The position numbers were made by a program, and so were the translations under genes. This document shows positions 39,495-39,616 of a DNA stretch of 39,616 nt, in pieces. The DNA comes from Basidiobolus ranarum (taxonomy: Eukaryota), in NCBI GenBank assembly GCA_040143965.1, contig JASJQH010000041.1, forward strand, positions 1-39,616, given 5' to 3'. The notes under the pieces are model-generated. The model saw only the letters and a program-made list of their open reading frames with translations, did no database searches and was not told the origin of the DNA. Numbering within the stretch: the first letter of the stretch is position 1; each line of letters opens with the position of its first letter.

Positions 39495-39616
39495 GGGGAT
39501 GAAAAGCACCATATGGTGTGGACTTTATTTAGCTTAAATACTAATTTAAACAAAGTGACAATCAAGACATCAATCTTTTAAGATATTGTGACAATACTGG
39601 ATCATATCCATACTTA

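Overview
Intron-rich, AT-rich eukaryotic DNA from an early-diverging fungus; the gene content and style suggest Zoopagomycota/Mucoromycota (e.g. Basidiobolus-like), which is inference. Genes, left to right: 3' part of a Ubp12/USP4-like deubiquitinase (+); a 7-exon ankyrin-PH-FFAT-ORD Osh1-type oxysterol-binding protein (-); a small Cys-rich membrane protein (-); a 17-exon cullin-2 (-); an Atf1-type bZIP factor (+); a DUF1308/C7orf25-like gene (+); three tandem Kre9/Knh1-domain Ser/Thr-rich GPI-anchored cell-wall paralogues (-); a 13-exon aminoacylase-1 (-); and a flavin-reductase-like protein (+). Intergenic DNA holds about ten copies or fragments of one ~340-bp TG...CA element. Three copies have perfect 5-bp target-site duplications, consistent with solo LTRs; there are self-nested insertions and an inverted duplication. 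Most notable: a U12-type (minor spliceosome) 5' splice site in cullin-2 intron 1, an Osh protein lacking its PI4P-binding signature residues, a 7-nt micro-exon needed to build an ACY1 motif, and the self-nesting LTR family. Exon structures were traced by eye from GT/AG sites and protein similarity, not from transcript data.
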